DNA from: an uncultured Opitutaceae bacterium
Lineage (GTDB): Bacteria; Verrucomicrobiota; Verrucomicrobiia; Opitutales; Opitutaceae
NCBI GenBank assembly: GCA_964601365.1
Contig: CAZRNE010000009.1
Span: forward strand, 5,938 to 69,937
Length of the DNA: 64,000 bases
Reading direction: 5' to 3'
Shown: in pieces, positions 28,650 through 39,230 of the stretch
How the letters are laid out: the number at the start of each line of letters is the position of its first letter
Numbering within the stretch: position 1 is the stretch's first letter
Made by a program: the position numbers and the translations under genes
The notes under the pieces: generated by a model
What the model saw: the letters and a program-made list of their open reading frames with translations, nothing else
Told to the model about the DNA's origin: nothing
Databases searched by the model: none

Positions 28650-28800
28650 AGCAGCGACTTTGGTCGCGCCCTGATCTGGCGCGCGCCAGCGCGCTGCCTC
28701 CTCGATTTGGATCCTCTTAAACGGGCCTGATTCGGCTTGGTAGTTACTGTGGGAGCGTGCTTGCACGCGACATTGGCGCGCGCCAGCGCGCTGCCTACGC
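28650..28800. repeat. Composite REP-like region in the doxX/ligA convergent spacer
   Basis: An exact 23-nt direct repeat tggcgcgcgccagcgcgctgcct at 28677-28699 and 28774-28796; each copy contains the palindrome tggcgcgcgcca. tgtgggagcgtgcttgcacgcgac (28748-28771) is related to the hairpin at 62859-62907. Confidence 0.8.
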
Positions 28801-28845
28801 AACTATCCGGACGGGTTCTATGCGCGGCGGGACGCCACGCGCCAC

Positions 28846-30957
<2,112 letters not shown>

Positions 30958-31008
30958 CTACTTGCCTAGGCTTGGGGCATGAGACTTGTTCACCACTCCG
31001 ATTGATTT

Positions 31009-31085
<77 letters not shown>

Positions 31086-31158
31086 CTTTTTCGACCGTTT
31101 CAGGCGAAGTATGGCCTGCCATCCGTAGCTCGGCGACCAATGGGATCTGAGCAGAGGA

Positions 31159-31235
31159 TGGCGTCCCCGGCGTGACTCGAACACGCGACCGTCGGTTTAG
31201 AAAACCGATGCTCTATCCAGCTGAGCTACGAGGAC
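31159..31235 (-). tRNA. tRNA-Arg (anticodon TCT)
   Basis: The reverse complement is gtcctcgtagctcagctggatagagcatcggttttctaaaccgacggtcgcgtgttcgagtcacgccggggacgcca. Anticodon arm tcggt-ttTCTaa-accga. Encoded CCA. Confidence 0.85.
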
Positions 31236-31289
31236 CCAGAACGGGGTCAACTTACGGGCAACCGCCCGGCCTCCAAGGCGAAAGATAGG

Positions 31290-31530
31290 GGGCGCGTATC
31301 ACCTGACTGGCTTGCCGAGTGTCCGCCTACGCCCCAGATGGGGCTACGACGCGGCAGCCTTCGCACGGCGAAACGAGAGCTGGATAGTATTTCCGCATTC
31401 CGGTGGCTGGCTTGCCGAGGCCCGTCTTCGCCCGTTGGGCTACGACGCGGCAGCCTTCGCAAGGCGCAACGAGAGTTGGATAGTATTTCCAAATTCCGGT
31501 GGCTGGTTTACCGAGCCGTAGCTCGTAGAG
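31290..31530. repeat. Tandem repeat of about 96 bp (two full copies plus a partial one) between tRNA-Arg and tRNA-Ala
   Basis: The copies start at 31341 and 31437 (gggctacgacgcggcagccttcgca...ggatagtatttcc..attccggtggctgg.tt.ccgag). They are about 92 % identical over 80 nt. A partial copy (ctggcttgccgag) lies upstream at about 31307. Confidence 0.85.
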
Positions 31531-31537
31531 CGAAGGC

Positions 31538-31613
31538 TGGTGGAGCAGATGGGGATCAAACCCACGACCTCGTCGTTGCGAACGACGCGCTCTATCAACT
31601 GAGCTACTGCCCC
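31538..31613 (-). tRNA. tRNA-Ala (anticodon CGC)
   Basis: The reverse complement is ggggcagtagctcagttgatagagcgcgtcgttcgcaacgacgaggtcgtgggtttgatccccatctgctccacca. G3:U70 identity pair is present. Anticodon arm cgtcg-ttCGCaa-cgacg. Encoded CCA. Confidence 0.85.
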
Positions 31614-31799
31614 AAACCGAGCCGATGCTTTTGCCCGACGCGCCAAGCCGGGCGCAAACAAAATTTTCCCGTCCCCGCTAGCGCCTCAAAATGCGCGATT
31701 TAACACCAATGCCACACCTTGACCGAGTTTTCGGTTGCACCGGCACGCTTGGCGCTGGATACAGCGCGTTTGCCTGACCCAACCACACACCTTTTCACC

Positions 31800-32159
31800 A
31801 TGAAGAAGACCACCAAGAAGACCACTTCCAGCCCGGCCACCGCCTCCAAGGCGCCGGCCAAGAAACCCGCCGTTGCGCGCAAGAAGACGCCTCTGCAGCA
31901 GCCCGCGGCCACCCTCATCACCGCCAAGGTCGACATCGGCTTCGGCAACCACCTCTACCTCCGCGGCGAGGGCCCCGGCCTCAACTGGGACAAGGGCGTC
32001 GCCATGGATTGCGTCGCCCACGACCAGTGGACGGCCAGCATCCAGAACGCCACCGCCCCCGTGACCTTCAAGGTGCTCATCAACGACGTCACCTGGTGCA
32101 CGGGCAACGACTACGTGGTCGAGGCCGGCCAGAGCATCACCATCGCGCCGAAATTCTGA
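31800..32159 (+). CDS. Small protein with a Lys/Ala/Pro-rich basic N-terminal tail and a CBM20-like beta-sandwich domain
   Basis: MKKTTKKTTSSPATASKAPAKKPAVARKK, then LYLRGEGPGLNWDKGVAM...DQWTASI...VTFKVLINDVTWCTGNDYVV. The second part resembles starch/glycogen-binding module spacing (G..LG.W....W...FK......W..G.N). No signal peptide. Confidence 0.55.
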   Translation: MKKTTKKTTSSPATASKAPAKKPAVARKKTPLQQPAATLITAKVDIGFGNHLYLRGEGPGLNWDKGVAMDCVAHDQWTASIQNATAPVTFKVLINDVTWCTGNDYVVEAGQSITIAPKF

Positions 32160-32214
32160 GGGTGGTCGTCGCCGTCCCTGGCGACGGCGAGGACGCCGAC
32201 GCCCACCTTGACCG

Positions 32215-32931
32215 TCAACCCGGCAGATCCGGATTGATCGCGCACAGCGCCGCGCGCACGTCGTCGGCGCTGATCTTCTCCCCGTCCGCCTTGACCGGCG
32301 GCAGGAGCGTGCAGCGCATGCGCACGCGCGAGAACGGCCACGGCACGTAGAATCTGTCCCAGCTCTTCAGCCGCCAGGCCCGGGTGAATTCCGCTCCGAG
32401 CAACACCATCGGCGCGCCGGTGCGGCGCGTGACCACGAGCACGCCCGGCTCCACCTCGTAGAGCGGCCCGCGCGGCCCGTCCGGCGTGATGCCGATGTCA
32501 TGCCCCGCGCGCATCTGCTCGATGAGCATGCGGGCCGCCTCGCGCCCGAAATTGCTGCTGGAGCCGCGCACCGGCTCGATCCCGATCATGCGGTAGAAGG
32601 CCGCCAGCCACGCGCCGTCCTTGCTCGCGCTCACGAGCCCGTAGACCTTGCGCTTGGTCCGGTAGCGCCGGAAAATCTCGGCCGAGAGGAACAGCCGGTT
32701 GTGCCACAGGGTGATGGCCGCGGGCTGCTCCGAATAAGTCAGTTTGGCCAGCGTCTCCGCCTCCGCCTCCATGCGCAGGGTGCGGCCCCAGGTGCGCACG
32801 AGCAGCGCGGCGCACCACAAGGCCAGCCGGCGCCAGCCCTGCACCTCGTTGATCTCCGCGGCGGTTTCGCTTTGCACGCGCCTGTTATGCGGCGGGGCCG
32901 GGCCGTGCGCCAAGATAAACTTGGCGGACAC
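32215..32931 (-). CDS. DUF374 / lysophospholipid acyltransferase-like protein
   Basis: ITLWHNRLF...LVSASKDGAWLAAFYRMIGIEPVRGSSSNFGREAA...GITPDGPRGP is typical of DUF374. GTG start. Confidence 0.75.
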   Translation of the reverse strand: MSAKFILAHGPAPPHNRRVQSETAAEINEVQGWRRLALWCAALLVRTWGRTLRMEAEAETLAKLTYSEQPAAITLWHNRLFLSAEIFRRYRTKRKVYGLVSASKDGAWLAAFYRMIGIEPVRGSSSNFGREAARMLIEQMRAGHDIGITPDGPRGPLYEVEPGVLVVTRRTGAPMVLLGAEFTRAWRLKSWDRFYVPWPFSRVRMRCTLLPPVKADGEKISADDVRAALCAINPDLPG

Positions 32932-32932
32932 T

Positions 32933-33123
32933 GTAGGAGGGGCTTTACGCCCCGACCACTGCCTTCACCTCACATAAGCCGCTTGGACCAATCAGACATT
33001 ACACCAAGCTCGCAAAGGACGCGAAGGATTCGAACTCCAAACCTTTGCTACCTTTGCTTCCTTCGTGTGAAACCCAAAATCTGAGAGACTTTGGTCTCAC
33101 CTACGCCTAAAGCCCCTCCTACA
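32933..33123. repeat. MITE-like element of about 190 bp with 20-24-nt terminal inverted repeats (family TGTAGGAGGGGCTTTACGCC)
   Basis: Left end tgtaggaggggctttacgccccga (32933-32956). Right end cgcctaaagcccctcctaca (33104-33123). The interior has lower GC and no ORF. Related ends occur at 51054-51122 and 61440. Confidence 0.6.
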
Positions 33124-33131
33124 AAAACACG

Positions 33132-33650
33132 ATGTCGCGTCACCTCTCACCCTGCCCGCACCTGCCGCCCGCTCCGGGCGCGATGGACGCCTCCGCCCTG
33201 ACGGCCCATGGCCCCGACCGCGGCGCAGCCTTCTACCTGACGGCGCTGACCTACGGCCATCATCTCTGGCAGCGCGGCATGGCGGCCCGGGCCACCCTCG
33301 CGCTCGACCGCGCCCTCGGCGCCGACCTGCGGGGCGACGAACCGGTGTTGCGCGAATGGCCGATGCCCTACGCGGCCCTGGCCTGGTTTTTCCGCCACAC
33401 GCCGCCCGATATCTTCATCGGCAACCCGCGCGTGCACTACCAGCATCTCGCCGACCGCATGAACGAGCCGCGCCGCGAGCAGCGCCGCTGGCGCGCGTGG
33501 GCCGGCTGGGCCGTGGCCCGCGCCGTCCGCCCCGAATGGCCCGCCGACCCCAAGCATCAGGTCCGCGAGCCCACCCTCGACGAGATCGAAGCGAAACTCA
33601 CCGCCCACGGCCTCCCGGGCGAAGCTGCGGACTGGCGGCAGGCGCTCTGA
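33132..33650 (+). CDS. Hypothetical protein
   Basis: 172-aa ORF with coding-like bias. Trp/Arg-rich helical sequence. No family recognised. Confidence 0.55.
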   Translation: MSRHLSPCPHLPPAPGAMDASALTAHGPDRGAAFYLTALTYGHHLWQRGMAARATLALDRALGADLRGDEPVLREWPMPYAALAWFFRHTPPDIFIGNPRVHYQHLADRMNEPRREQRRWRAWAGWAVARAVRPEWPADPKHQVREPTLDEIEAKLTAHGLPGEAADWRQAL

Positions 33651-33659
33651 CGCTGACCC

Positions 33660-34493
33660 TCAGAGCTCCGGCAGGGCGGCGAGAACGAGGCGTTCGAAGG
33701 CGCCGGCACCGCGCGCGGCGTTCTCCATCGTGTGCGCATGGGAGAGCTTCTCGTCGGAGAGCCCGGCGCCCATGTTGGTGATGCAGGACACGCCGGCCAC
33801 CTTCATGCCGCAGTGCCGGGCGATGAGGCAGTCCGGCACGCTCGACATGCCCACCGCGTCGGCGCCCCAACCCTGCGCCATGCGGATCTCGGCCGGGGTC
33901 TCGAACGACGGTCCACGGAACGCCACGTAGACACCCTCGTGCAGCGTGATGCCCTCGCGGCGCGCGACGGCGTGCACGCGGCGACGCAGCTCCGGGTCCC
34001 ACGCATCGCTCACGGGCACGAAACGCGGACCGAACTCGTCGTCGTTCGGGCCGACGAGCGGGTTGAGGCCGAGGAAATTGATGTGGTCGGTGATGAGCAT
34101 CAGCTCGCTGACCTTGATATGCGCGCGCAGGCTGCCGGCGGCGTTGGAGAGAAAGAGCGTGTCGATGCCGACCCGATGCACGGCGCGGAGCATCGTCTTC
34201 ATCGGGTAGGCGTCGTGGGTCTCGTAGAAGTGCTTGCGGCCGTTGAACACGATGACCGGCACGCCGTTGAGCTTCCCGAGCAGGAGCTGGCCCGCGTGCC
34301 CCGCCACGGTGGGCACGGGGAACCCGGGCAGGTCGCGGTAGTTGAGCACGACCGGCTTCTCGACCTTAGCGGCCAGGCCGCCGAGCCCGGAGCCGAGGAT
34401 GACCGCGATGCGGGGCTTCAGGCCGCCCAGGGCGGCTGAGATCATGGCGGCGGACTGGCGGATGTTTTCGTAGTGGGCCTGCTGTTCGGTCAT
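33660..34493 (-). CDS. Purine nucleoside phosphorylase (trimeric PNP/PunA family)
   Basis: IAVILGSGLGGLA, VAGHAGQLLLGKLNGVPVIVFNGRKHFYE and GMSSVPDCLIARHCGMKV motifs. Confidence 0.9.
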   Translation of the reverse strand: MTEQQAHYENIRQSAAMISAALGGLKPRIAVILGSGLGGLAAKVEKPVVLNYRDLPGFPVPTVAGHAGQLLLGKLNGVPVIVFNGRKHFYETHDAYPMKTMLRAVHRVGIDTLFLSNAAGSLRAHIKVSELMLITDHINFLGLNPLVGPNDDEFGPRFVPVSDAWDPELRRRVHAVARREGITLHEGVYVAFRGPSFETPAEIRMAQGWGADAVGMSSVPDCLIARHCGMKVAGVSCITNMGAGLSDEKLSHAHTMENAARGAGAFERLVLAALPEL

Positions 34494-34601
34494 GGGCGGA
34501 GCCTAGCGCCTGCCCCGCGGCATACAAGCCCGGCCACGGGGCGAAGGACGAAGAAAAGCGGCCTTGAGCCGCGCGGCCCGGCCACCAGTGTCCGCGCCTT
34601 C

Positions 34602-36023
34602 ATGTCCGAAGCACCCCCATCGGCCCCGCCGGCGTCCCATGCGCCGCTCTGGCGCCTCATCCTCGAGGCGCTGCGGGGCGGCCATCACGATTACACGGCG
34701 CTCGCCCTCAACCGCGCCGTGTTGCTGCTCGCCGTCCCGATGGTGCTGGAGATGTCGATGGAATCGCTCTTCGCCGTCGTGGACGTCTACTGGGTATCGC
34801 GGCTCGGTGCCGACGCCGTGGCGGTCGTGGGCCTGACCGAGTCGCTCATGTCGCTGGTCTACGCGGTGGCCATCGGCATCTCGTTCGCAGCCACCGCGAT
34901 CGTGGCGCGCCGCATCGGCGAGAAGAACCCCGCGCAGGCGGCCCACGCGGCGGGGCAGATCCTCGTCCTCGGCACGCTCATCGCCTCCGGCCTAGGGGTC
35001 GGGCTCGGCTGGTTTGCCCCGGACATCCTGCGATTGATGGGCGCGACCGATGCGGTCGTGACCCTGGGCTCCGGCTACGCGCAGGTGATGCTCGGCGGCA
35101 ACATCACCGTTTTCCTGATTTTCCTCATCAACGCCGTCTTCCGCGGGGCCGGCGACGCCGTGATCGCCATGCGCACGCTCTGGCTGGCCAACGCCCTCAA
35201 CATCGTCCTCGACCCGTGCTTCATCTTCGGGTGGGGGCCGTTCCCCGAGATGGGCGTGACCGGCGCCGCGGTCGCCACCAACGTGGGCCGCGGGATCGGC
35301 GTCTGCTACCAGCTCTGGCACCTGACCGGCCGCCCGGGCCGCATCCGCCTGGGCTGGCGCGACCTGCTCCCCCAGCCCGAGGTCCTCGGCACCATCCTGC
35401 GCACCTCGGGCAACGGCATCGCGCAGCTGCTCATCGCGACGACGAGCTGGGTCGGGCTCTTCAAGATCATGGCGCCGTTCGGCAGCACCGTGCTGGCCGG
35501 CTACACCGTCGCGATCCGCGTCGTCATCTTCGCCCTCATGCCCGCCTGGGGCCTGGCCAACGCCGGGGCCACGCTGGTCGGGCAAAACCTCGGGGCCGGC
35601 CGGCCCGACCGCGCGGAGGAGTCCATCCGCATCGCCGCCCGCTTCAACGTGGCCTTCCTCGGTCTCGTCGGGGTGGTGTTTGTCGCGCTGGCCCACCCGA
35701 TCGTGGCCTTCTTCACCACCGAGCCGGAGGTGCTGCACCACGGCACGCGCGCGCTGTGGATCGTCAGCCTCGCCTTCCCGCTCTACGCCGCGGGCATGTG
35801 CCTCGAGGGCGCGTTCAACGGCGCCGGCGACACGTGGACGCCGACGCGGCTGAACTTCTTCTGCTTCTGGCTCGGGCAGGTGCCGCTGGCCTGGCTGCTC
35901 GCGCAACCGGCCGGACTGGGGCCGACCGGCGTCTACATCGCCGTGCCGGTGTCGTTCTCCGTGCTCACGCTGTGGAGCTACGCGCTGTTCCGCGGCGGCA
36001 AATGGAAACAGCAGAAGGTGTGA
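34602..36023 (+). CDS. MATE family efflux transporter
   Basis: About 470 aa with 12 predicted TM helices. N-terminal LLLAVPMVLEMSMESLFAVVDVYWVSRLG is typical of NorM/MATE proteins. ATG 34602. Confidence 0.85.
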   Translation: MSEAPPSAPPASHAPLWRLILEALRGGHHDYTALALNRAVLLLAVPMVLEMSMESLFAVVDVYWVSRLGADAVAVVGLTESLMSLVYAVAIGISFAATAIVARRIGEKNPAQAAHAAGQILVLGTLIASGLGVGLGWFAPDILRLMGATDAVVTLGSGYAQVMLGGNITVFLIFLINAVFRGAGDAVIAMRTLWLANALNIVLDPCFIFGWGPFPEMGVTGAAVATNVGRGIGVCYQLWHLTGRPGRIRLGWRDLLPQPEVLGTILRTSGNGIAQLLIATTSWVGLFKIMAPFGSTVLAGYTVAIRVVIFALMPAWGLANAGATLVGQNLGAGRPDRAEESIRIAARFNVAFLGLVGVVFVALAHPIVAFFTTEPEVLHHGTRALWIVSLAFPLYAAGMCLEGAFNGAGDTWTPTRLNFFCFWLGQVPLAWLLAQPAGLGPTGVYIAVPVSFSVLTLWSYALFRGGKWKQQKV

Positions 36024-36031
36024 GCACCGAT

Positions 36032-37846
36032 TCAGCCGGCGAGCACGGATCGTGAACGTGCACCGCGCCGGCGCAGGGCACGCATGCGGCTGAGATTTTT
36101 GCACGAGCGGATCAGGGCGTGCGCCCCCGCCTGATCGAGGGCGGTGAATGCCGCCGCGCGCTCCAGCGCCGCGGCCTCGGCGTCACCTTCCTCGTCCAGG
36201 AGATCGGCCAGCCGGCAGCGCAACTGTGCGGCCGCGACCGGCGTCTGCAACTTCTGCCACAACCGGAGCGAGCCGCGCAGATGGGCGACCGCCTCGCTCC
36301 GCCGCCCCTCCGCCACGGCCACTTCGCCGCGCGCACGCTCCACAAGTGCCTCGAGGGCCAGCGTCGAAACCAGCTCTGATTCACGCTCCAGCGTCAGCAA
36401 CGCGGCCCGCGCGTCGTCCAGACGTCCGGCGTGGGCCGTGATGATGGCATGCCATGCGAGAGCCTGTCCCCGCTTGGAGCGGCAGGACCAGGCGTTGTCA
36501 GTCAGAGTGCGACCAAGTAGCTTCGCGGCGGCCGTCACGTTGCCCTCGGCGAAATGGACGTGGGCGAGTCCGAAACGCGCCTCCCAACCGAGTTCGGTGG
36601 CGCGCAGGTAGGCCTTGCGGGCCCCGGCATACTCGCCCTTGGCCAGCAGGATGTCGCCCAGTGCCACCCATGCGTCGCCCTCGGCCCAAGGCGCCTGCTT
36701 GGCGAGTGTGGCGATCGTGACCCGGCACTCTTTCTCCGCCGCGCGCAGGTCCCCGCGCACAGTGAGGACTTCCGTCCGGTGGAGACGGCACAATCCGGGG
36801 TAACCAGCCACCCCCTTGCCTTCGCACCAGCGCGTGAACTGGTCGGTCCACTGCCCCGCGCGATGCCAATCGGACCGCGTCATGCAGCCATAAATGACAC
36901 CGCAATAGACCAGCCCACCGGCCCAAGGACTGAGCCCGCTGGCCGTAACCGATGCCCCGGCCTCGTCAAGCGCGGCCATGCCCGCGCGAACGTCACCGAG
37001 ATAGAGTCGTGCCTCTCCAACGTGAACCAACCCGAGGCTCTCCAGATCGGGATCCCCGAATTTCTCACCGGCCGACCGGGCGTTTTCCGCCAGTTGCAAC
37101 GTGGCTTCGATTTCATTCTGCATCAGCGCTATGCGGGCACCGAGCAGGTCGAGGTAGCCCCTCTCCCGGCAAGGCGGTTCATTTTCTAGCAATCGCTTGG
37201 CTCGGTGATGCCAACCCTTGGCCAGCACCGGCTCGCGCCACTCGAAGTGCAACTGTCCAAGCAGAATCGCCACCCAGCCGGCCCGGCGGCGGTCGCCCCG
37301 CGCGGAAAAGGCCGCCACGGCGCGCTCCAGCGGCTCCGCAGCTTCGTGCGGCCGGCCGGCGCATTGTGCGGCGTGAGCCCAGCGCTGCAGATCCTCCGCC
37401 GAAAGCCCCTCGATGTCGTCCACCTTGCGAAAGGCTGCCATGGCCCGTCCCCACTCTCCCCGGTTGTAAGCCGCGTACGCGGCCTTGATCGCGGCAGATC
37501 TCGCGCCACCGGTCTCCGCCTGAACGGCGGGCCCGTCGCCCAACCGGTAGCCTTGCCGGGCAAAGGTGCGGATGGCACCGGGCGCTCCGACCTCCGCTAA
37601 CGCCGACCGGGCGAGACTGATCGCACGTTGCAGCGAGGCATCGGTCACGATCACGCCCGGCCACACCCGGTCGAGCAGCTCGTCCTTCGGCACGACACGG
37701 TCGCGGTGGACCGCCAGGTAGAGGAGCAGCTCGAACACGCGCGGCTGCAACGTGAGCACATGTCCGGCAGCGCGTATCTCGCGGGTGTTGGCGTCGATCT
37801 CAAACCTGGCGAAGCGGTGGACCATGCGGCGAGCCCGGCGTGGCAT
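36032..37846 (-). CDS. Transcriptional regulator, OmpR/CadC-type winged-helix DNA-binding domain plus TPR-like repeats
   Basis: N-terminus FARFEIDANTREIRAAGHVLTLQPRVFELLLYLAVHRDRVVPKDELLDRVWPG (Trans_reg_C). This is followed by about 480 aa of helical repeats. The start is ATG 37846 or 37825. Confidence 0.75.
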   Translation of the reverse strand: MPRRARRMVHRFARFEIDANTREIRAAGHVLTLQPRVFELLLYLAVHRDRVVPKDELLDRVWPGVIVTDASLQRAISLARSALAEVGAPGAIRTFARQGYRLGDGPAVQAETGGARSAAIKAAYAAYNRGEWGRAMAAFRKVDDIEGLSAEDLQRWAHAAQCAGRPHEAAEPLERAVAAFSARGDRRRAGWVAILLGQLHFEWREPVLAKGWHHRAKRLLENEPPCRERGYLDLLGARIALMQNEIEATLQLAENARSAGEKFGDPDLESLGLVHVGEARLYLGDVRAGMAALDEAGASVTASGLSPWAGGLVYCGVIYGCMTRSDWHRAGQWTDQFTRWCEGKGVAGYPGLCRLHRTEVLTVRGDLRAAEKECRVTIATLAKQAPWAEGDAWVALGDILLAKGEYAGARKAYLRATELGWEARFGLAHVHFAEGNVTAAAKLLGRTLTDNAWSCRSKRGQALAWHAIITAHAGRLDDARAALLTLERESELVSTLALEALVERARGEVAVAEGRRSEAVAHLRGSLRLWQKLQTPVAAAQLRCRLADLLDEEGDAEAAALERAAAFTALDQAGAHALIRSCKNLSRMRALRRRGARSRSVLAG

Positions 37847-37980
37847 CTCGGGGGCGCGGAGCAAATGGTAAGGATTTGATCAGGTCAAGGAAAGGACTTG
37901 GGCGGTGGGTTTCGCTAGGATGTCGCCACTTCCACGCCCCGGGTGCCACGCCATCCGACGGCATTCTCTATCCCTCCAAT

Positions 37981-38283
37981 ATGTCATCCATGAAAAACTA
38001 CATCATACTCCGCCGCGGTGGGTGGGCCTCCGCCCGGGAGCTCGAAATCGCCGCCGGACGCTCCAGCCGCGTCGGTCTGAAAGAAATGGTGGGGCGCGTC
38101 CGTTGGATCCGCTCCTACGTCGTCCAGGAATCCGATGGTCGCCTCGGCACCGTCTGCGTCTATCAGGCCACCGATGCGGAAGCCATCCGCGAACACGCAC
38201 GCTGTGCCCTCCTACCCGCCGACGAAATCATCCCGATCGGTGAAACCGTGGTCATCAACGACGACCCGCCCCAGGCCACCTGA
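37981..38283 (+). CDS. DUF4242-family small protein
   Basis: MKNYIILRRGGWASARELE...VRWIRSYVVQESDGRLGTVCVYQATDAEAIREHARCALLPADEIIPI follows the DUF4242 pattern. Confidence 0.65.
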   Translation: MSSMKNYIILRRGGWASARELEIAAGRSSRVGLKEMVGRVRWIRSYVVQESDGRLGTVCVYQATDAEAIREHARCALLPADEIIPIGETVVINDDPPQAT

Positions 38284-38303
38284 ACCGCAGCGAACGAAAA
38301 CCC

Positions 38304-38432
38304 ATGATGCCAGACCTGCTCCCGCCGCCCGAAATCGCCACCGCGCAACCGCCCGCTGGGGTCGCAACCGCGGCGCTCCTGGCCGCCGTGCTGATCGCCA
38401 CCGTCTGCACCCTCGTGGTGCTGCCTGCCTGA
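38304..38432 (+). CDS. Candidate 42-aa membrane peptide
   Basis: MMPDLLPPPEIATAQPPAGVATAALLAAVLIATVCTLVVLPA, with high third-position GC. It is too short for the ORF track. It sits 20 nt after the DUF4242 gene and 33 nt before the methyltransferase gene. Confidence 0.35.
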   Translation: MMPDLLPPPEIATAQPPAGVATAALLAAVLIATVCTLVVLPA

Positions 38433-38465
38433 TCTCCGCTCCCACAACCTCTATTTCGATACTAC

Positions 38466-39230
38466 ATGAAAACCATCCACGTTCCCTCTCTCCTTCAACG
38501 CACCGGCGTCCTCCTCTACGGCGCCGCCGCCTACACGATCTTCTTCGCGACCTTCTGCTATGCCGCCGGCTTCGTCGGCAATTTTCTGGTGCCCAAGTCC
38601 ATGGACTCGGCGGCAACCGCACCGTTCTGGCAGGCACTCGCCGTCAACGCCGCCCTGCTCGGCCTCTTCGCCGTGCAACACAGCCTGATGGCGCGCACCT
38701 TCTTCAAGCGCTGGCTCACGCGTCACGTGCCTGAGGCGGCCGAGCGCAGCACCTACGTGCTGGCCTCGTCGCTCGCGCTGCTCCTGCTCTTTTGGCTCTG
38801 GCAGCCGATGGGCGGCGTCCTCTGGAACGTGAGCCATCCCGTGGCGGCCGCTTTGCTGCATGCCGGCTTTGCCTTCGGCTGGCTGCTGGTGTTGGTGACG
38901 ACTTTTCTCATCAACCATTTCGACCTCTTCGGACTGCGCCAAGTGTGGAAGTATTTCCGCGGCGTGCCCTATCGTCCCTTGAAATTCGTCACGCCCGGCC
39001 CCTACAAGCTCGTGCGCCATCCGCTCTACGTGGGTTGGCTCTGCGCGTTCTGGTTCACACCGACCATGACCGTCGCGCATTTGGTTTTCGCCCTCGCCAC
39101 CACCGCCTACATCCTGATCGCGATCCGGCTGGAGGAGCGTGATCTCGTGGACATCCACGGCGACGACTACCTCGCCTACCGCAAGAACACCCCGATGCTC
39201 ATGCCCCGCCTGCGGCGCGACGCACCCTGA
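38466..39230 (+). CDS. Membrane-bound methyltransferase of the ICMT/PEMT superfamily (possibly MddA-like methanethiol S-methyltransferase)
   Basis: Polytopic membrane protein. C-terminal VRHPLYVGWLCAFWFTPTMTVAHLVFALATTAYILIAIRLEERDL...YLAYRKNTPMLMP is the SAM-binding signature of this superfamily. The MddA assignment is from memory of the family and is not verified. Confidence 0.7.
   Translation: MKTIHVPSLLQRTGVLLYGAAAYTIFFATFCYAAGFVGNFLVPKSMDSAATAPFWQALAVNAALLGLFAVQHSLMARTFFKRWLTRHVPEAAERSTYVLASSLALLLLFWLWQPMGGVLWNVSHPVAAALLHAGFAFGWLLVLVTTFLINHFDLFGLRQVWKYFRGVPYRPLKFVTPGPYKLVRHPLYVGWLCAFWFTPTMTVAHLVFALATTAYILIAIRLEERDLVDIHGDDYLAYRKNTPMLMPRLRRDAP

Noticed and set aside
32160-32214. Perfect 8-bp stem (tcgccgtc-cctggc-gacggcga) between the convergent CBM-like and DUF374 genes, considered as a bidirectional terminator.
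   Set aside because: There is no U-tract on either strand, and GC-rich hairpins of this size are frequent by chance in this genome.
33010-33040. ggattcgaactcc inside the MITE-like element resembles a tRNA T-arm.
   Set aside because: No acceptor, D or anticodon stems can be folded around it. It is most likely a chance similarity or a decayed fragment.
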